Assembly: GCA_044356725.1 (NCBI GenBank)
Contig: JBIKVS010000005.1
Coordinates: forward strand, 1-64,000
Source of the DNA: Minisyncoccia bacterium
GTDB taxonomy: Bacteria > Patescibacteriota > Minisyncoccia > SW-4-49-11
Length of the DNA stretch: 64,000 bases
Reading direction: 5' to 3'
Numbering within the stretch: the first letter of the stretch is position 1; each line of letters begins with the position of its first letter. Shown in pieces: positions 11,853 through 21,576 of the stretch. A program made the position numbers and the translations under genes. A model generated the notes under the pieces. That model was given only the letters and a program-made list of their open reading frames with translations, did no database searches and had not been told where the DNA came from.

Positions 11853-12082
11853 TCTGTTATCTAATATAATATCAAAGAAATTAAGTAAGAACTCAAGGCA
11901 TCACTAATAAACAAAAAATAAGCAAAGGGTATCCCGTTACTTTAATTATGCATTAATTACTGATATCTGTATTATCATCAAATTTGACAATATCTTATTT
12001 AATATGAACTCACTCTCATCACTCATCCATTCTTTTGATGATAACACAGAAATATGATTGAGTCAATAGTGTATATAGAATA

Positions 12083-13000
12083 TTAATTAGTATTTATAAA
12101 GTTATTAAATTCCGATTTTGCTTTTTGACTCTCGAATAGTGCTGTATGTCCCTCCCCATCTATTTCAACAAAGTTACTATTTTTACAATTATTACAATTT
12201 AATATATACTCTTTAAATTTTGGCCAAGAATACATTTGAATAGCCATATCATCTAATCCTTGTATAAACAACATATCTGCTTTAAAACCACTTGTAAAAT
12301 TTAATAAGGATCTTTGATAATAAGCATTTGGATTTTCTGATGTGGTGCCATATGTATTTCTTAAATTATCACAAACATAACTTGCTTGAGTTTTTCCATT
12401 TTCCTCTAGTTGACATCTATATACTAAATCTAAAGGTCCTGGTGCATTTGCGATTACACCATTTGTTTCATGCATTGCGTTAAGACGAGTAACTAAATAT
12501 CCTCCTTGTGAATGTCCTGCTAAGAATATTTTTTTAACTTTAATTCCTAAATCTTGACTTGCTTGATTCTTTACCCATAATAAAGCAGCCTCTGCTTGAT
12601 TTATATTATCCCCAAACAGAATATCTAGCTGCGGATGTGCTACACTAACAATCATCATATCTTTACGATTGAGAGTATTTTTAAATTGATTAAGTGTAGT
12701 TTCAGCAGCAGATAATATCTTACTATCACTTTGCACAGTCCCATGATAGACAAGCAGTACATCCACTTCTTTAATATCTGGTTTATCAATAATCACATCG
12801 ACATTAACTTTATTATATGTAATAGACTTTGTTATTTTATAAGACTTGGAGTTATTATCTATTGGGGTTGATGTTGATGAATTTGTAGATACAGTATCGG
12901 ATTTTGGATTTAATGATGTTCTGTTTTTTATATTATTATACAAGAATAATAATATTACTGATACAGATAATATTATAATAAAGCTTAATTTGTGTTTCAT
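12083..13000 (-). CDS. Membrane-anchored alpha/beta hydrolase
   Basis: GHSQGG nucleophile elbow, FIQGLDD, GEGH; N-terminal TM helix. Confidence 0.8.
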   Translation of the reverse strand: MKHKLSFIIILSVSVILLFLYNNIKNRTSLNPKSDTVSTNSSTSTPIDNNSKSYKITKSITYNKVNVDVIIDKPDIKEVDVLLVYHGTVQSDSKILSAAETTLNQFKNTLNRKDMMIVSVAHPQLDILFGDNINQAEAALLWVKNQASQDLGIKVKKIFLAGHSQGGYLVTRLNAMHETNGVIANAPGPLDLVYRCQLEENGKTQASYVCDNLRNTYGTTSENPNAYYQRSLLNFTSGFKADMLFIQGLDDMAIQMYSWPKFKEYILNCNNCKNSNFVEIDGEGHTALFESQKAKSEFNNFINTN

Positions 13001-13146
13001 ATAAAATTTATTGATGGGAACAAATTATAGTTGTAAATTTCTAATATAATTATATCATATCCTTATTATTTACTTATTCCTTTCTTATTATATACTGTTG
13101 CATTAGATCTCTGAAGAAAAGTATATAATAATGTAATGTAAAAATT

Positions 13147-13449
13147 ATGGATACAAAAGAAATTCAAAAAATACAAGCAGAATATGATCAATTATATTGG
13201 CAACACAATAATCCAGAATTTGAAAAAATAAGACATATAACTTTACACATAACTAAATTATTAGGCAAGTTAGCAGAATATTGTGAAAAAACTGAACATG
13301 GAGATATTATTGATAAAAGTAAAATAACAGATCAGGTTATACCAGATTTAATATTCTATTCTGCACAACTATCTAATTTATTAGAATTAGATTTAGGAGA
13401 TGCTTATATGAAAAGAATTGAGGAAAATAAGAAAATTTTTGGTAATTAA
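13147..13449 (+). CDS. MazG-like all-alpha NTP pyrophosphohydrolase-like protein
   Basis: Helical pattern HITKLLGKLAE...IPDLIFYSAQLSNLLELDL resembles the MazG fold. Confidence 0.55.
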   Translation: MDTKEIQKIQAEYDQLYWQHNNPEFEKIRHITLHITKLLGKLAEYCEKTEHGDIIDKSKITDQVIPDLIFYSAQLSNLLELDLGDAYMKRIEENKKIFGN

Positions 13450-13470
13450 TTATGCCTAAATGACATATAG

Positions 13471-13491
13471 CTACAATCTGTGCTCCCGCAG
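13471..13491. repeat. 21-bp direct repeat of the tRNA-Arg 3' end (att-like); partner at 13939-13959
   Basis: ctacaatctgtgctcccgcag is identical at both positions. Confidence 0.85.
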
Positions 13492-13887
13492 AGGATAGCC
13501 TAAATTTTTCAAGTGCATAATTAAATCATTAACATCTTCAGCAACATAGTCAAACCAGCAATATCCCCATTCTGACATTTTTCTCGTTTCAGGTAGCATT
13601 ATAGCATATACTTTTTTACCAATTCCTTTTGCATATCCAGCTTCTAAATATATACCACGAGTATCCGATAGTAGAATTATAATAAAATCTGAATTATGTA
13701 TCACTTCTAATTCTTTATCTAGAGTTTCTTGCATTGAAGGATATTGATTTTCTTGGGGTAAAAAAATATCAAGTCCAGAATTAATTAATGCATCTGCAAT
13801 TTTTCTATTGCTTGCGAATTTATCTATTGAATGAGACCATGAATTTTTAACTTTTGTTGATGCCATTGGGCTAGCTAGATATATCAT
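13471..13887 (-). CDS. Nucleoside 2-deoxyribosyltransferase-like protein
   Basis: MIYLASP, IFLPQE, SDFIII, GIYLEAGYAKGIGKKV motifs. Confidence 0.75.
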   Translation of the reverse strand: MIYLASPMASTKVKNSWSHSIDKFASNRKIADALINSGLDIFLPQENQYPSMQETLDKELEVIHNSDFIIILLSDTRGIYLEAGYAKGIGKKVYAIMLPETRKMSEWGYCWFDYVAEDVNDLIMHLKNLGYPLREHRL

Positions 13888-13948
13888 ACAATAATCTATT
13901 TAATATGTTATAGTTTTAGTTGTCAATGTTTATTAGTACTACAATCTG

Positions 13949-14021
13949 TGCTCCCGCAGGGGTTCGAACCCCGAATGACGGTTCCGAAGACCGTAGTGAT
14001 ATCCAGTTTCACCACAGGAGC
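13949..14021 (-). tRNA. tRNA-Arg(TCG), CCA not encoded
   Basis: Cloverleaf: acceptor gctcctg/cgggagc, anticodon arm acggt-ctTCGga-accgt, T-loop GTTCGAA. Confidence 0.93.
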
Positions 14022-14038
14022 AAAATAAATAAAATTAG

Positions 14039-14113
14039 TAGCCTCGACGGGATTCGAACCCGTGTTACCAGGATGAAAACCTGGCGTCCTAGACCGGACT
14101 AGACGACGAGGCC
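14039..14113 (-). tRNA. tRNA-Glu(TTC), CCA not encoded
   Basis: Acceptor ggcctcg/cgaggct, anticodon arm ccagg-ttTTCat-cctgg, GGTTCGAATCC. Confidence 0.95.
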
Positions 14114-14183
14114 AATAAAACTATAGTAAATTATAACAAAATTTTTCTTTTCGGTCAAATTTTTATAAGTATTTTTGCTTTAA

Positions 14184-14317
14184 TGTCCTCCTTTCTACCT
14201 ACGGAAGATAAATGGAGGAGGTGGCACGAAGTGCCGGTGGTGGACTGAGTTTAAATTCCCCTCTCTGCCTACGGTAGATAAATTGAGGGGTGGACTGCGT
14301 AAGCAGGACGGGGTGGA
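14184..14317. repeat. Composite REP-like element (unit 1 plus unit 2), each unit with a ~20-nt CCTACGG mini-hairpin insert
   Basis: Matches units at 15779 and 18924, plus inserts tctacctacggaagataaa and tctgcctacggtagataaa. Confidence 0.75.
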
Positions 14318-14354
14318 AATACACTTTATCCACCCTCTCCCCTACTACAATATC

Positions 14355-15623
14355 TTATTGATGCTTTACAAAAGTCAAAGCCCAACCAATTTTACCACCA
14401 CGACCAGTACGACCAATTCTATGAATATAATCCTCCTCGGTTCTAGGTAATTCGTAGTTAATTACGTGAGTAATATCCCCAACATCAATACCACGAGAAG
14501 CCACATCAGTACCAATCATAATCCAAGCTTCATTGTTCTTAAATTTCTTCAAAGCAATTTGGCGATGCATTTGAGTTTTGTCACCATGAATAGACTCTAC
14601 ATCAAAACCATGCTGTTGTAAATCTCGATACAAATTCTCAACCGCCATCTTAGTCTCACAGAAAATAAGCACCTTCTTGACCTCATCTTTATTCAAGATA
14701 TCCATCAACAAGTCCATCTTATTATCATTACGAGTCACAGGCACAATGTCCTGATGCACATTGTTACTAGACACATTCTCAGACAAAAGTACACTCACAG
14801 GATCAACCAAGAAAGTCTCCATCAATTGCTTAGTCTTACCTTCAGTAGTAGCAGAGAAGAATAATTTTTGAGTCTCCTTAGGCAATAATTCTAAGATATA
14901 TCGAATCTCATCAATGAATCCCATATCCAACATTCTATCCACCTCATCCAATACAATAGTAGAGAAAGTATTCATATCAATAGCCTTACGATTGATTAAA
15001 TCTTTGAATCTACCAGGAGTTGCAATAATAAACTGATTATGACGAGACAAACGGAACATCTGCTTACGAATAGGAGTACCACCAATACAAACAGTACTAT
15101 AAATACCTCTACCACGATTAGTAATCTTATGTAGTTCTTGTTCAATTTGCAAAGCCAACTCACGAGTAGGAGCCAGAATCACAGCAGACTGTTTAGGATC
15201 TAAAGTCATCTTATGCAAAAGAGGCAAAAGGAAAGCCAAAGTTTTACCAGTACCGGTCGCAGCCAGACCAATAATATCCTTACCTTCCATAATCGGCTTG
15301 ATAGACTGATCTTGAATCGGAGTAGGATTAATCATCCCCTTTTCAGACAAAGCCTGTTGAATCCAATCAGCAAAACCAAAGTCAGCAAAAGTGTGAGAAA
15401 TCACAACTTCAGCAGCAGGAGTAGGTTTAGCAACCTTTACAAATAAAGAGTGATTTAATTGCTTAGGACCAGCTTTTCTTCTACCATATCTACCTCCGCC
15501 TCCAGCACCACCAAATCGTGACCTAGAACCAAAAGAACCACGAGAAGAACCATTATTATTATATCTATTAGAAGAATTAGAGCGATTAGAAAATCGACTA
15601 CTACTATTATTAGAGTACGCCAT
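14355..15623 (-). CDS. DEAD/DEAH-box RNA helicase (RhlE/DeaD-like)
   Basis: Q motif PTPIQ, ATGTGKT, PTRELA, DEVD, SAT, HRIGRTGR; R/G/S-rich N-terminal tail; start placed at MAYSNN. Confidence 0.93.
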   Translation of the reverse strand: MAYSNNSSSRFSNRSNSSNRYNNNGSSRGSFGSRSRFGGAGGGGRYGRRKAGPKQLNHSLFVKVAKPTPAAEVVISHTFADFGFADWIQQALSEKGMINPTPIQDQSIKPIMEGKDIIGLAATGTGKTLAFLLPLLHKMTLDPKQSAVILAPTRELALQIEQELHKITNRGRGIYSTVCIGGTPIRKQMFRLSRHNQFIIATPGRFKDLINRKAIDMNTFSTIVLDEVDRMLDMGFIDEIRYILELLPKETQKLFFSATTEGKTKQLMETFLVDPVSVLLSENVSSNNVHQDIVPVTRNDNKMDLLMDILNKDEVKKVLIFCETKMAVENLYRDLQQHGFDVESIHGDKTQMHRQIALKKFKNNEAWIMIGTDVASRGIDVGDITHVINYELPRTEEDYIHRIGRTGRGGKIGWALTFVKHQ

Positions 15624-15778
15624 ACAAAAAATATGTTTAAAAAATATGATATGGAATATAGATACCAATCATATACATACTTAGTATAAACGACATCTAT
15701 TGACCACATTGTCAAATATAATAACATATCAACCTAAATTTGTCAAGCTTTAATAACACCGATTGAAGGTGTCTATTC

Positions 15779-15824
15779 TGTCCTCCCTTGGGGGAGGTGG
15801 CACCGTAGGTGACGGAGGAGGACT
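15779..15824. repeat. REP-like unit 1 (46 bp)
   Basis: Exact reverse complement of 54941-54986. Confidence 0.9.
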
Positions 15825-15840
15825 GAGCTAATTCCCCTAA

Positions 15841-16893
15841 TTATTCATTATCTTTCAAAAATTCTTTGATCTGTTTATCAAAATCAGATTCAAACAGCCT
15901 ATCTTGCACAATTCTATATTTTTCAAATTGAGTTTCTGCATAAAGTTTAGCCTCCTCACTACTAATTTTACCTGCATTGATAAGTATATCTCTATCATTA
16001 AATTCCAAAAAAGAATCAAGCCGCCTACTCCAATCCTCCATTGTCATAGGGATATTTCTCTCAGCCTGTAGCTCCGCATAATCAAGATACATAGAAACTA
16101 TTCTTTCCAAAAAATTTATTTCCTTTTCTGTAAGATAATTTTTCGCAATACTTACATCATATTTTTGAATTTTACCATTTGGAGCATCCAACCAGCTAGT
16201 AAGCCCCATATTTTCTTTATCAGCATTAGCTCTTTTTACAATCAATTCAGGAGCTGTATGTCTATGCACCGCATAATGCAATTTATTTTGTACAATTTGG
16301 AAAAACTTAATAGTAGTAGAAGCAGAAGAATCATAATCAACACTAGTTGCATAAATATCCGTCACTTTTTGATAAAACATTCTTTCACTAAGCCTAATTT
16401 CTCTAATCTTTTGTAATTGTCTTTCAAAAAACTCTTTATCAAATTGATTAGCTTGCTTTAACCTTTCACTATCCATAGCCCAACCCTGAATAGTATAATC
16501 TTTTACTATTTGTCTTGCCCATTTACGAAATTGTACAGCTCTGTCATTTTCTATCTTGAATCCAACTGCGATAATAGCTTGGAGATTATAATGGTCTATA
16601 TTCCTTTTTACTTCTCTTATACCTTCTCTTTGAACTATCAAGTATTGCTTGATAGTTGCTGAATCAATTTCTTTTTTTTCTACCAAAGTAGCAATATGCT
16701 GTTGTATAGCTTGCACAGATACCCCATACATTTCCGCCATCATTTTTTGAGTCATCCAGATATTTTCATCTTCATATCTGACCTCTATACTTTCCGAATC
16801 ATCTCCACTCGAAGATACAAAAGTCAAATACTGAGCCGTACTTGCCTGAATAAGCTCCGCTGCAGATTTTTGCTTTAGTGTTTTTTTGGGCAT
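15841..16893 (-). CDS. RhuM family protein
   Basis: ENIWMTQKMMAE, HYNLQAIIAVGF, FRKWA, IREIRLSERMFYQK, QNKLHYA. Confidence 0.9.
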   Translation of the reverse strand: MPKKTLKQKSAAELIQASTAQYLTFVSSSGDDSESIEVRYEDENIWMTQKMMAEMYGVSVQAIQQHIATLVEKKEIDSATIKQYLIVQREGIREVKRNIDHYNLQAIIAVGFKIENDRAVQFRKWARQIVKDYTIQGWAMDSERLKQANQFDKEFFERQLQKIREIRLSERMFYQKVTDIYATSVDYDSSASTTIKFFQIVQNKLHYAVHRHTAPELIVKRANADKENMGLTSWLDAPNGKIQKYDVSIAKNYLTEKEINFLERIVSMYLDYAELQAERNIPMTMEDWSRRLDSFLEFNDRDILINAGKISSEEAKLYAETQFEKYRIVQDRLFESDFDKQIKEFLKDNE

Positions 16894-17151
16894 AATTTTT
16901 ATAATCAGGATATATATATTCTATTATACTATAATAATGACCTAATTTACAATATAAATTCATAGCGGAGGGTTTTGTTTTTCTATCACTCGCCTACGAT
17001 GGTGTCAATAAGTGCCGGGTGTGGGATGAGTTTAACTATAAATGATGAATTATGAATTGTAGGGAGGGACCTTTCAGTCACATGTTTAACAAACTATTGC
17101 AAAAATATAACTTATATGGTATTTATTACTGGAACTCTATTGGATTCTCTT

Positions 17152-17511
17152 ATGGCCATTTCTCTCATTACATTACAAGGAGAAGGTGTTGTCCCTGCTT
17201 TCTTTCGCCACAATGAGACAACATATATACTTAGTACTTTCTTTTCTTATTTACAAAAAAGGGATATTGACATAGTTATCCAAACGGAGAACTATGCTCT
17301 TAGTCTAATGGTTTACAATAAATTATGTCAATATATGCCACTAAAAGAAGACCATACACTTTTAAAGTGTATAAGTAAATTCTTAGAGTCAAATAATTCA
17401 TCAGATTGCCCACATACCAAGATATGTTATATAATCCACGGATACCTTCTCTTAGTTGAAAGTGGAATAATGGATGTTGAAGCCGCCCCTAATGATGGAG
17501 GCTTTATGTAG
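17152..17511 (+). CDS. Orphan hypothetical protein
   Basis: ORF between a TTGCAA promoter-like site (17097) and a terminator; start uncertain (17116 or 17152). Confidence 0.5.
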   Translation: MAISLITLQGEGVVPAFFRHNETTYILSTFFSYLQKRDIDIVIQTENYALSLMVYNKLCQYMPLKEDHTLLKCISKFLESNNSSDCPHTKICYIIHGYLLLVESGIMDVEAAPNDGGFM

Positions 17512-17545
17512 TAACTCTTTTACCACATTCCCTACTTATCACTAT

Positions 17546-17570
17546 CCCCCGCCACTGCGGGGGTTTTTTT
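17546..17570 (+). terminator. Intrinsic terminator
   Basis: cccccgc-cact-gcggggg followed by T7. Confidence 0.8.
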
Positions 17571-17651
17571 CTTTCTGGTAAAAACCTAATATATGATATA
17601 ATTAATAATATAAATATATTCGTAAAATTATTATCAATAATTACATAAACT

Positions 17652-18383
17652 ATGTCTAATCCCGAAAAATACAATCCAAATTCAGAGTCTAATGTTTACG
17701 AAGAAGTTAGTGCCGCAGAAATTTTTGCAAATAGAGCTCAAAGAGGAGAAAATGCAGATGTGAGGGAAACAGATGAAGGAATGGTCGAGAAAAGTGATAA
17801 GGCTGGTAAAACACCATTAATTGCTAGAGAATTCATAATTACAGATTATCTTCGTAATACCGGAGTAGTGCCAAAAGTAGATGTAGATTCCGGTTTATAT
17901 GGATATCCTTTAACTTTTCAAATGGAAAAAATTAATAATGGTGCATCTTTACAAGATTGGTTATACTATTACTCACAAAGAGACAGAGGTATTTATGTCC
18001 CCAAAGAAACTATTGCTGAAATTCTAGACAAAACTGCAGAAGCTATCAAAAAAGTTTGGGACGAAGGAGTTGTACAAGGTGATTTACATTTGAATAATAT
18101 TATTATAGGAGAAAAGAAAAGAAAGCTAGCCCCACATATTATAGATTTTGGACTATCTGTTATTGACAGGGATACCCTCCTAGAAGCAGCTCATAGCCTG
18201 GGGATTGAAGATGAAGTAGAAGAAGCCCAAGATTCTTTTACAAGAGAAATCATCTCCTCCTATGATGATTCAGACGGAGAAGCGGAATTTTTGATATCAC
18301 ATCTTGAGAGCTATATTTGTGAAGCCAATATCCCTGGGTTAAATGACTTGGTTGTTAAACTAAACAAAAGCCTAAAGTTATAA
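17652..18383 (+). CDS. Protein kinase-like (RIO/Bud32/Kdo-type) protein
   Basis: FQMEKI, VVQGDLHLNNIII catalytic loop, IIDFGLS. Confidence 0.75.
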   Translation: MSNPEKYNPNSESNVYEEVSAAEIFANRAQRGENADVRETDEGMVEKSDKAGKTPLIAREFIITDYLRNTGVVPKVDVDSGLYGYPLTFQMEKINNGASLQDWLYYYSQRDRGIYVPKETIAEILDKTAEAIKKVWDEGVVQGDLHLNNIIIGEKKRKLAPHIIDFGLSVIDRDTLLEAAHSLGIEDEVEEAQDSFTREIISSYDDSDGEAEFLISHLESYICEANIPGLNDLVVKLNKSLKL

Positions 18384-18387
18384 ATAA

Positions 18388-18416
18388 TTGACATTTTGTA
18401 CAATCTATGCTAACAT
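18388..18416 (+). promoter_or_regulatory. Sigma70-type promoter
   Basis: TTGACA-17-TAACAT with extended TG. Confidence 0.6.
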
Positions 18417-18441
18417 GGGTAGCATTTTGTGAAGCTACTTA

Positions 18442-18843
18442 ATGAAAGGATCTTGGTTCATTGAGATAGATAAGGATATTCTTAAGTTTATCAAGCCAAT
18501 ATACAGTCAAGTCCCTCAGAAACTTACAATTCCCTTGGGTTTTGGTGTGTTTGATGAGGATGACTACAATCTTTTCAAAACATGGTTAGATCTTGAGATC
18601 CAGATTCCGATAAATGGTATTATTGTTTTATCTCAACTAGGAGTACAGTTACTAAAATTCAATCTTTCAGAAAACCTTCTAAGAGATTTTGCAGGATTAG
18701 ATTATCCAGTAAAATCACAATGTGCTGTACTCTCTTATGAGAATCAATTTGACCCAGACATCCTTTTCCAGGATATTGAGGGGAATACATCTAATTGCCA
18801 TTTAACATCGCTTACTGGAAAAATACAATTCCAGTCTCTTTGA
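18442..18843 (+). CDS. Orphan hypothetical protein
   Basis: 133 aa ORF between a promoter and a tccagcct/aggctgga hairpin (18853-18880). Confidence 0.6.
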   Translation: MKGSWFIEIDKDILKFIKPIYSQVPQKLTIPLGFGVFDEDDYNLFKTWLDLEIQIPINGIIVLSQLGVQLLKFNLSENLLRDFAGLDYPVKSQCAVLSYENQFDPDILFQDIEGNTSNCHLTSLTGKIQFQSL

Positions 18844-18923
18844 ACTAATCTGTCCAGCCTGCTTTTAGGCTGGATATTTTTATTTATATACTACCTTATT
18901 TACCTAATACTTCCCCTAAAAAA

Positions 18924-18964
18924 TCCCCTCTTGAGGGGTGGACAGCTTCGCTGGACGGGGTGGA
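18924..18964. repeat. REP-like unit 2
   Basis: tcccctcttgaggggtggacagcttcgctggacggggtgga; reverse complement closely matches 49699-49739. Confidence 0.8.
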
Positions 18965-19062
18965 TAATTAGTAAAAATATCTCCAAATGGAGAAAAAATC
19001 CAGATATTTGTCTTGCTCTATTCTATCCTGCAAGATAGCATATTGTAGTTGTACGTATTCAA

Positions 19063-20214
19063 TTACCGGAACCGATACTTTTTCTGACATTTTTTCCAAT
19101 AACTCATAAATGAACCATAATATGAATTAATCTCAGGATACATATAATCAATTGGTATAAAATTAATGTTAGGTATCACATTCCAATGCTCAATCGCAGG
19201 ATATTGTCTTGCTGTGATGGTTTTATAGTTACTAAGGTCTAAATCACCTATTTCACCCACAAATACCTGGAGATTATCGATATTGGAGGCAAGATCAAGT
19301 ATAAAATTAATTCGCTTTTGAGACATTGGAAACTTAACAAAATGACTTGGTTCTAGAATTAATATTCTATCAGATTGAGAGATATGGCTAGCAAATGTTG
19401 GATCTAGACTCCAAGGATGAAACAATATAAGGTTTTCTGACTGTACGCCATTATGTTGATATAATTTCATAGCTGAATCTTGCTCCTGGTACTCCTCTAT
19501 CCATATATTGAGGAGACATACCAAATCCAAATTCACTGTCTTAACAAGAACATCCGGTGTCTTTAATATTGCTAATTCCTCATAAGACACATCAAGAAAG
19601 GTGTTATATTGATTTGTCTTAGAATACTTGTTGATATTTTCTTGATTTGCAAAATACTTTTTGGAACTAAATGTCCCTGATACCCATTGCCATGACAAAG
19701 TATTGGAGGCTATATCTCCATCTAGTAGATGATAATACATCCATTGACTTGGGATTTTCCAATATGATTTAGCGATATTAGTGACTAGAGAAGCCGTCCA
19801 CATTCTTGCATGATTATGCATATATCCAGTCTGGTAGAGTTCTTCAATGGCTGAGTCTATAGTATTGATACCAGTATTAGCATCCACTATATTTAAGGAG
19901 ATTTGAGTATTAGAATAAGATGCTGGATGTTTTAGGTCAGTCCAAATATCATCCATTTTATTTTCCCACACTCTAAGAAAATACTCCTTCCACGCAAGTT
20001 CAAATAGCAGCTTTTCTATCTTTTCAGATGAATAATTAGTTTCTAAAAAAGTTTTGACTTGATTTAGACCTATCACCCCATGAGTAAGATAGGGCGATAA
20101 ACGCGTCACATTTCCATCAAGAAAATCACGAGATTTAGAATAAGAAACTGGATCTATGTTGCTTATCAGGTCAATTATTTGGCTATACTGAGTAGTAAAT
20201 TGATTATCCCTCAT
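19063..20214 (-). CDS. Photolyase/cryptochrome FAD-binding-domain protein
   Basis: VTRLSPYLTHG, ELAWKEYF, TGYMHNHARMWTAS, LLDGDIASNTLSWQW. Confidence 0.88.
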   Translation of the reverse strand: MRDNQFTTQYSQIIDLISNIDPVSYSKSRDFLDGNVTRLSPYLTHGVIGLNQVKTFLETNYSSEKIEKLLFELAWKEYFLRVWENKMDDIWTDLKHPASYSNTQISLNIVDANTGINTIDSAIEELYQTGYMHNHARMWTASLVTNIAKSYWKIPSQWMYYHLLDGDIASNTLSWQWVSGTFSSKKYFANQENINKYSKTNQYNTFLDVSYEELAILKTPDVLVKTVNLDLVCLLNIWIEEYQEQDSAMKLYQHNGVQSENLILFHPWSLDPTFASHISQSDRILILEPSHFVKFPMSQKRINFILDLASNIDNLQVFVGEIGDLDLSNYKTITARQYPAIEHWNVIPNINFIPIDYMYPEINSYYGSFMSYWKKCQKKYRFR

Positions 20215-21518
20215 TACTCTTCGCTCTTAGCATTAGCAGGAAGTTCCGCAAACATTAATTGCATAGTAGAGTTATCACGAGTTAATCTCTTGATCGTGAG
20301 GTCCTCTGCTTTATTATTAGCTAATCTTAGATTATTCTCAGAAGACAAGAGAGCATCTTTTGTTTTTTGTAAATGGTCGATAGTTTTATCTATCTCTTCA
20401 ATAGCAGTTTTAAATTTACGACTAGCAAGGTCATAATTTTTAGCAAAGCCTTCTTTGAATTTATTTATATTATCCTCAAAGTTTGTAATATCAATATTTT
20501 GACTTTTTACCAAAGCAAGTTCTGCTTTATACTCCAAAGAATTCATAGCCGCATTGCGTAACAAAGTAATAATTGGAATAAAAAATTGCGGACGAACAAC
20601 ATACATTTTAGAAAACCGATGAGACACATCAACAATTCCAGAATTATACAGTTCATTATCAGCTTCCAACAGTGACACAAGTACAGCATATTCACATTTC
20701 TTTTCTGTACGGTCCTTATCCAATTCTCGTAAAAAATCTTCATTTCGCTTTTTTGTAGCAGTTCCGTCTCCCTCATTCTTCATTTCAAACATAATTGAGA
20801 TAATCTCATTACCTGCTTGGTCTGTCTCACGATAAATAAAGTCACCCTTGCTACCAGTTTTAGAGTCATTATCTTTCTCAAAATAAGCATTCTGAAAAGC
20901 AGTCGCACGAAGTTTATTGAATTCTGTCTCACAATGCTGTTCCAGAGTTTCACCAACCATTTTGGTAGATAGTTTGAGCTTCATATCTTTACGAAGAGCA
21001 ATTTCATCATCTTTCATTTTTATAATATCATCCTTTGTCTTCAGTTCAGATGCAAACTTCTCATATAGAGATTTCTCTAATAATTGTTTTTCAGTTTCCT
21101 TATTTTTCAAATTATGAGCCAAATCATCTCGCTCTTTTTCAATCCTTTTGACAGCCTCAGTAACACTAAGTTTTTTCTCTATCTCGGACTTATCAATTTT
21201 AGACTTCATCTCAGCTAGTTCAGCCTCTTTCTTTGCCAATTGCTCAGCTAATTTCCGATCCTTTTCAGCCTTTAAGTCTAATAAATCTCTATCCTTCTTG
21301 GCTAATTCCTCTTGTAATTTATTTTTTAAGTTAGATTCAGCTAATTTGACAGCAATTTCTTTTTCTTTCTCAGCAATAGATAATCTCTCTCTTAATTCCT
21401 CCTCGAATTTATGGTCGCGAACCTGTTTAATAATATCCGCAAAACCAGCCTCATCAACTTTGAAAGCTTTTTTACAATTTGGACAAATAATATCGTTCAT
21501 AATTTTATTCTTATTCAT
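20214..21518 (-). CDS. DUF2130 coiled-coil protein
   Basis: [45 protein letters not shown]. Confidence 0.88.
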   Translation of the reverse strand: MNKNKIMNDIICPNCKKAFKVDEAGFADIIKQVRDHKFEEELRERLSIAEKEKEIAVKLAESNLKNKLQEELAKKDRDLLDLKAEKDRKLAEQLAKKEAELAEMKSKIDKSEIEKKLSVTEAVKRIEKERDDLAHNLKNKETEKQLLEKSLYEKFASELKTKDDIIKMKDDEIALRKDMKLKLSTKMVGETLEQHCETEFNKLRATAFQNAYFEKDNDSKTGSKGDFIYRETDQAGNEIISIMFEMKNEGDGTATKKRNEDFLRELDKDRTEKKCEYAVLVSLLEADNELYNSGIVDVSHRFSKMYVVRPQFFIPIITLLRNAAMNSLEYKAELALVKSQNIDITNFEDNINKFKEGFAKNYDLASRKFKTAIEEIDKTIDHLQKTKDALLSSENNLRLANNKAEDLTIKRLTRDNSTMQLMFAELPANAKSEE

Positions 21519-21532
21519 TCAATATATTTATA

Positions 21533-21569
21533 AAACACCTCGTAGATAATAAATTCCCTACGAGGTGTT
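21533..21569 (-). terminator. Hairpin terminator after the AIPR gene
   Basis: aacacctcgtag...ctacgaggtgtt 12-bp stem followed by a T-run on the minus strand. Confidence 0.75.
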
Positions 21570-21576
21570 GATGTGT

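Noticed and set aside
13920-14102. 60-aa ORF on the + strand
   Set aside because: It is antisense to two tRNA genes.
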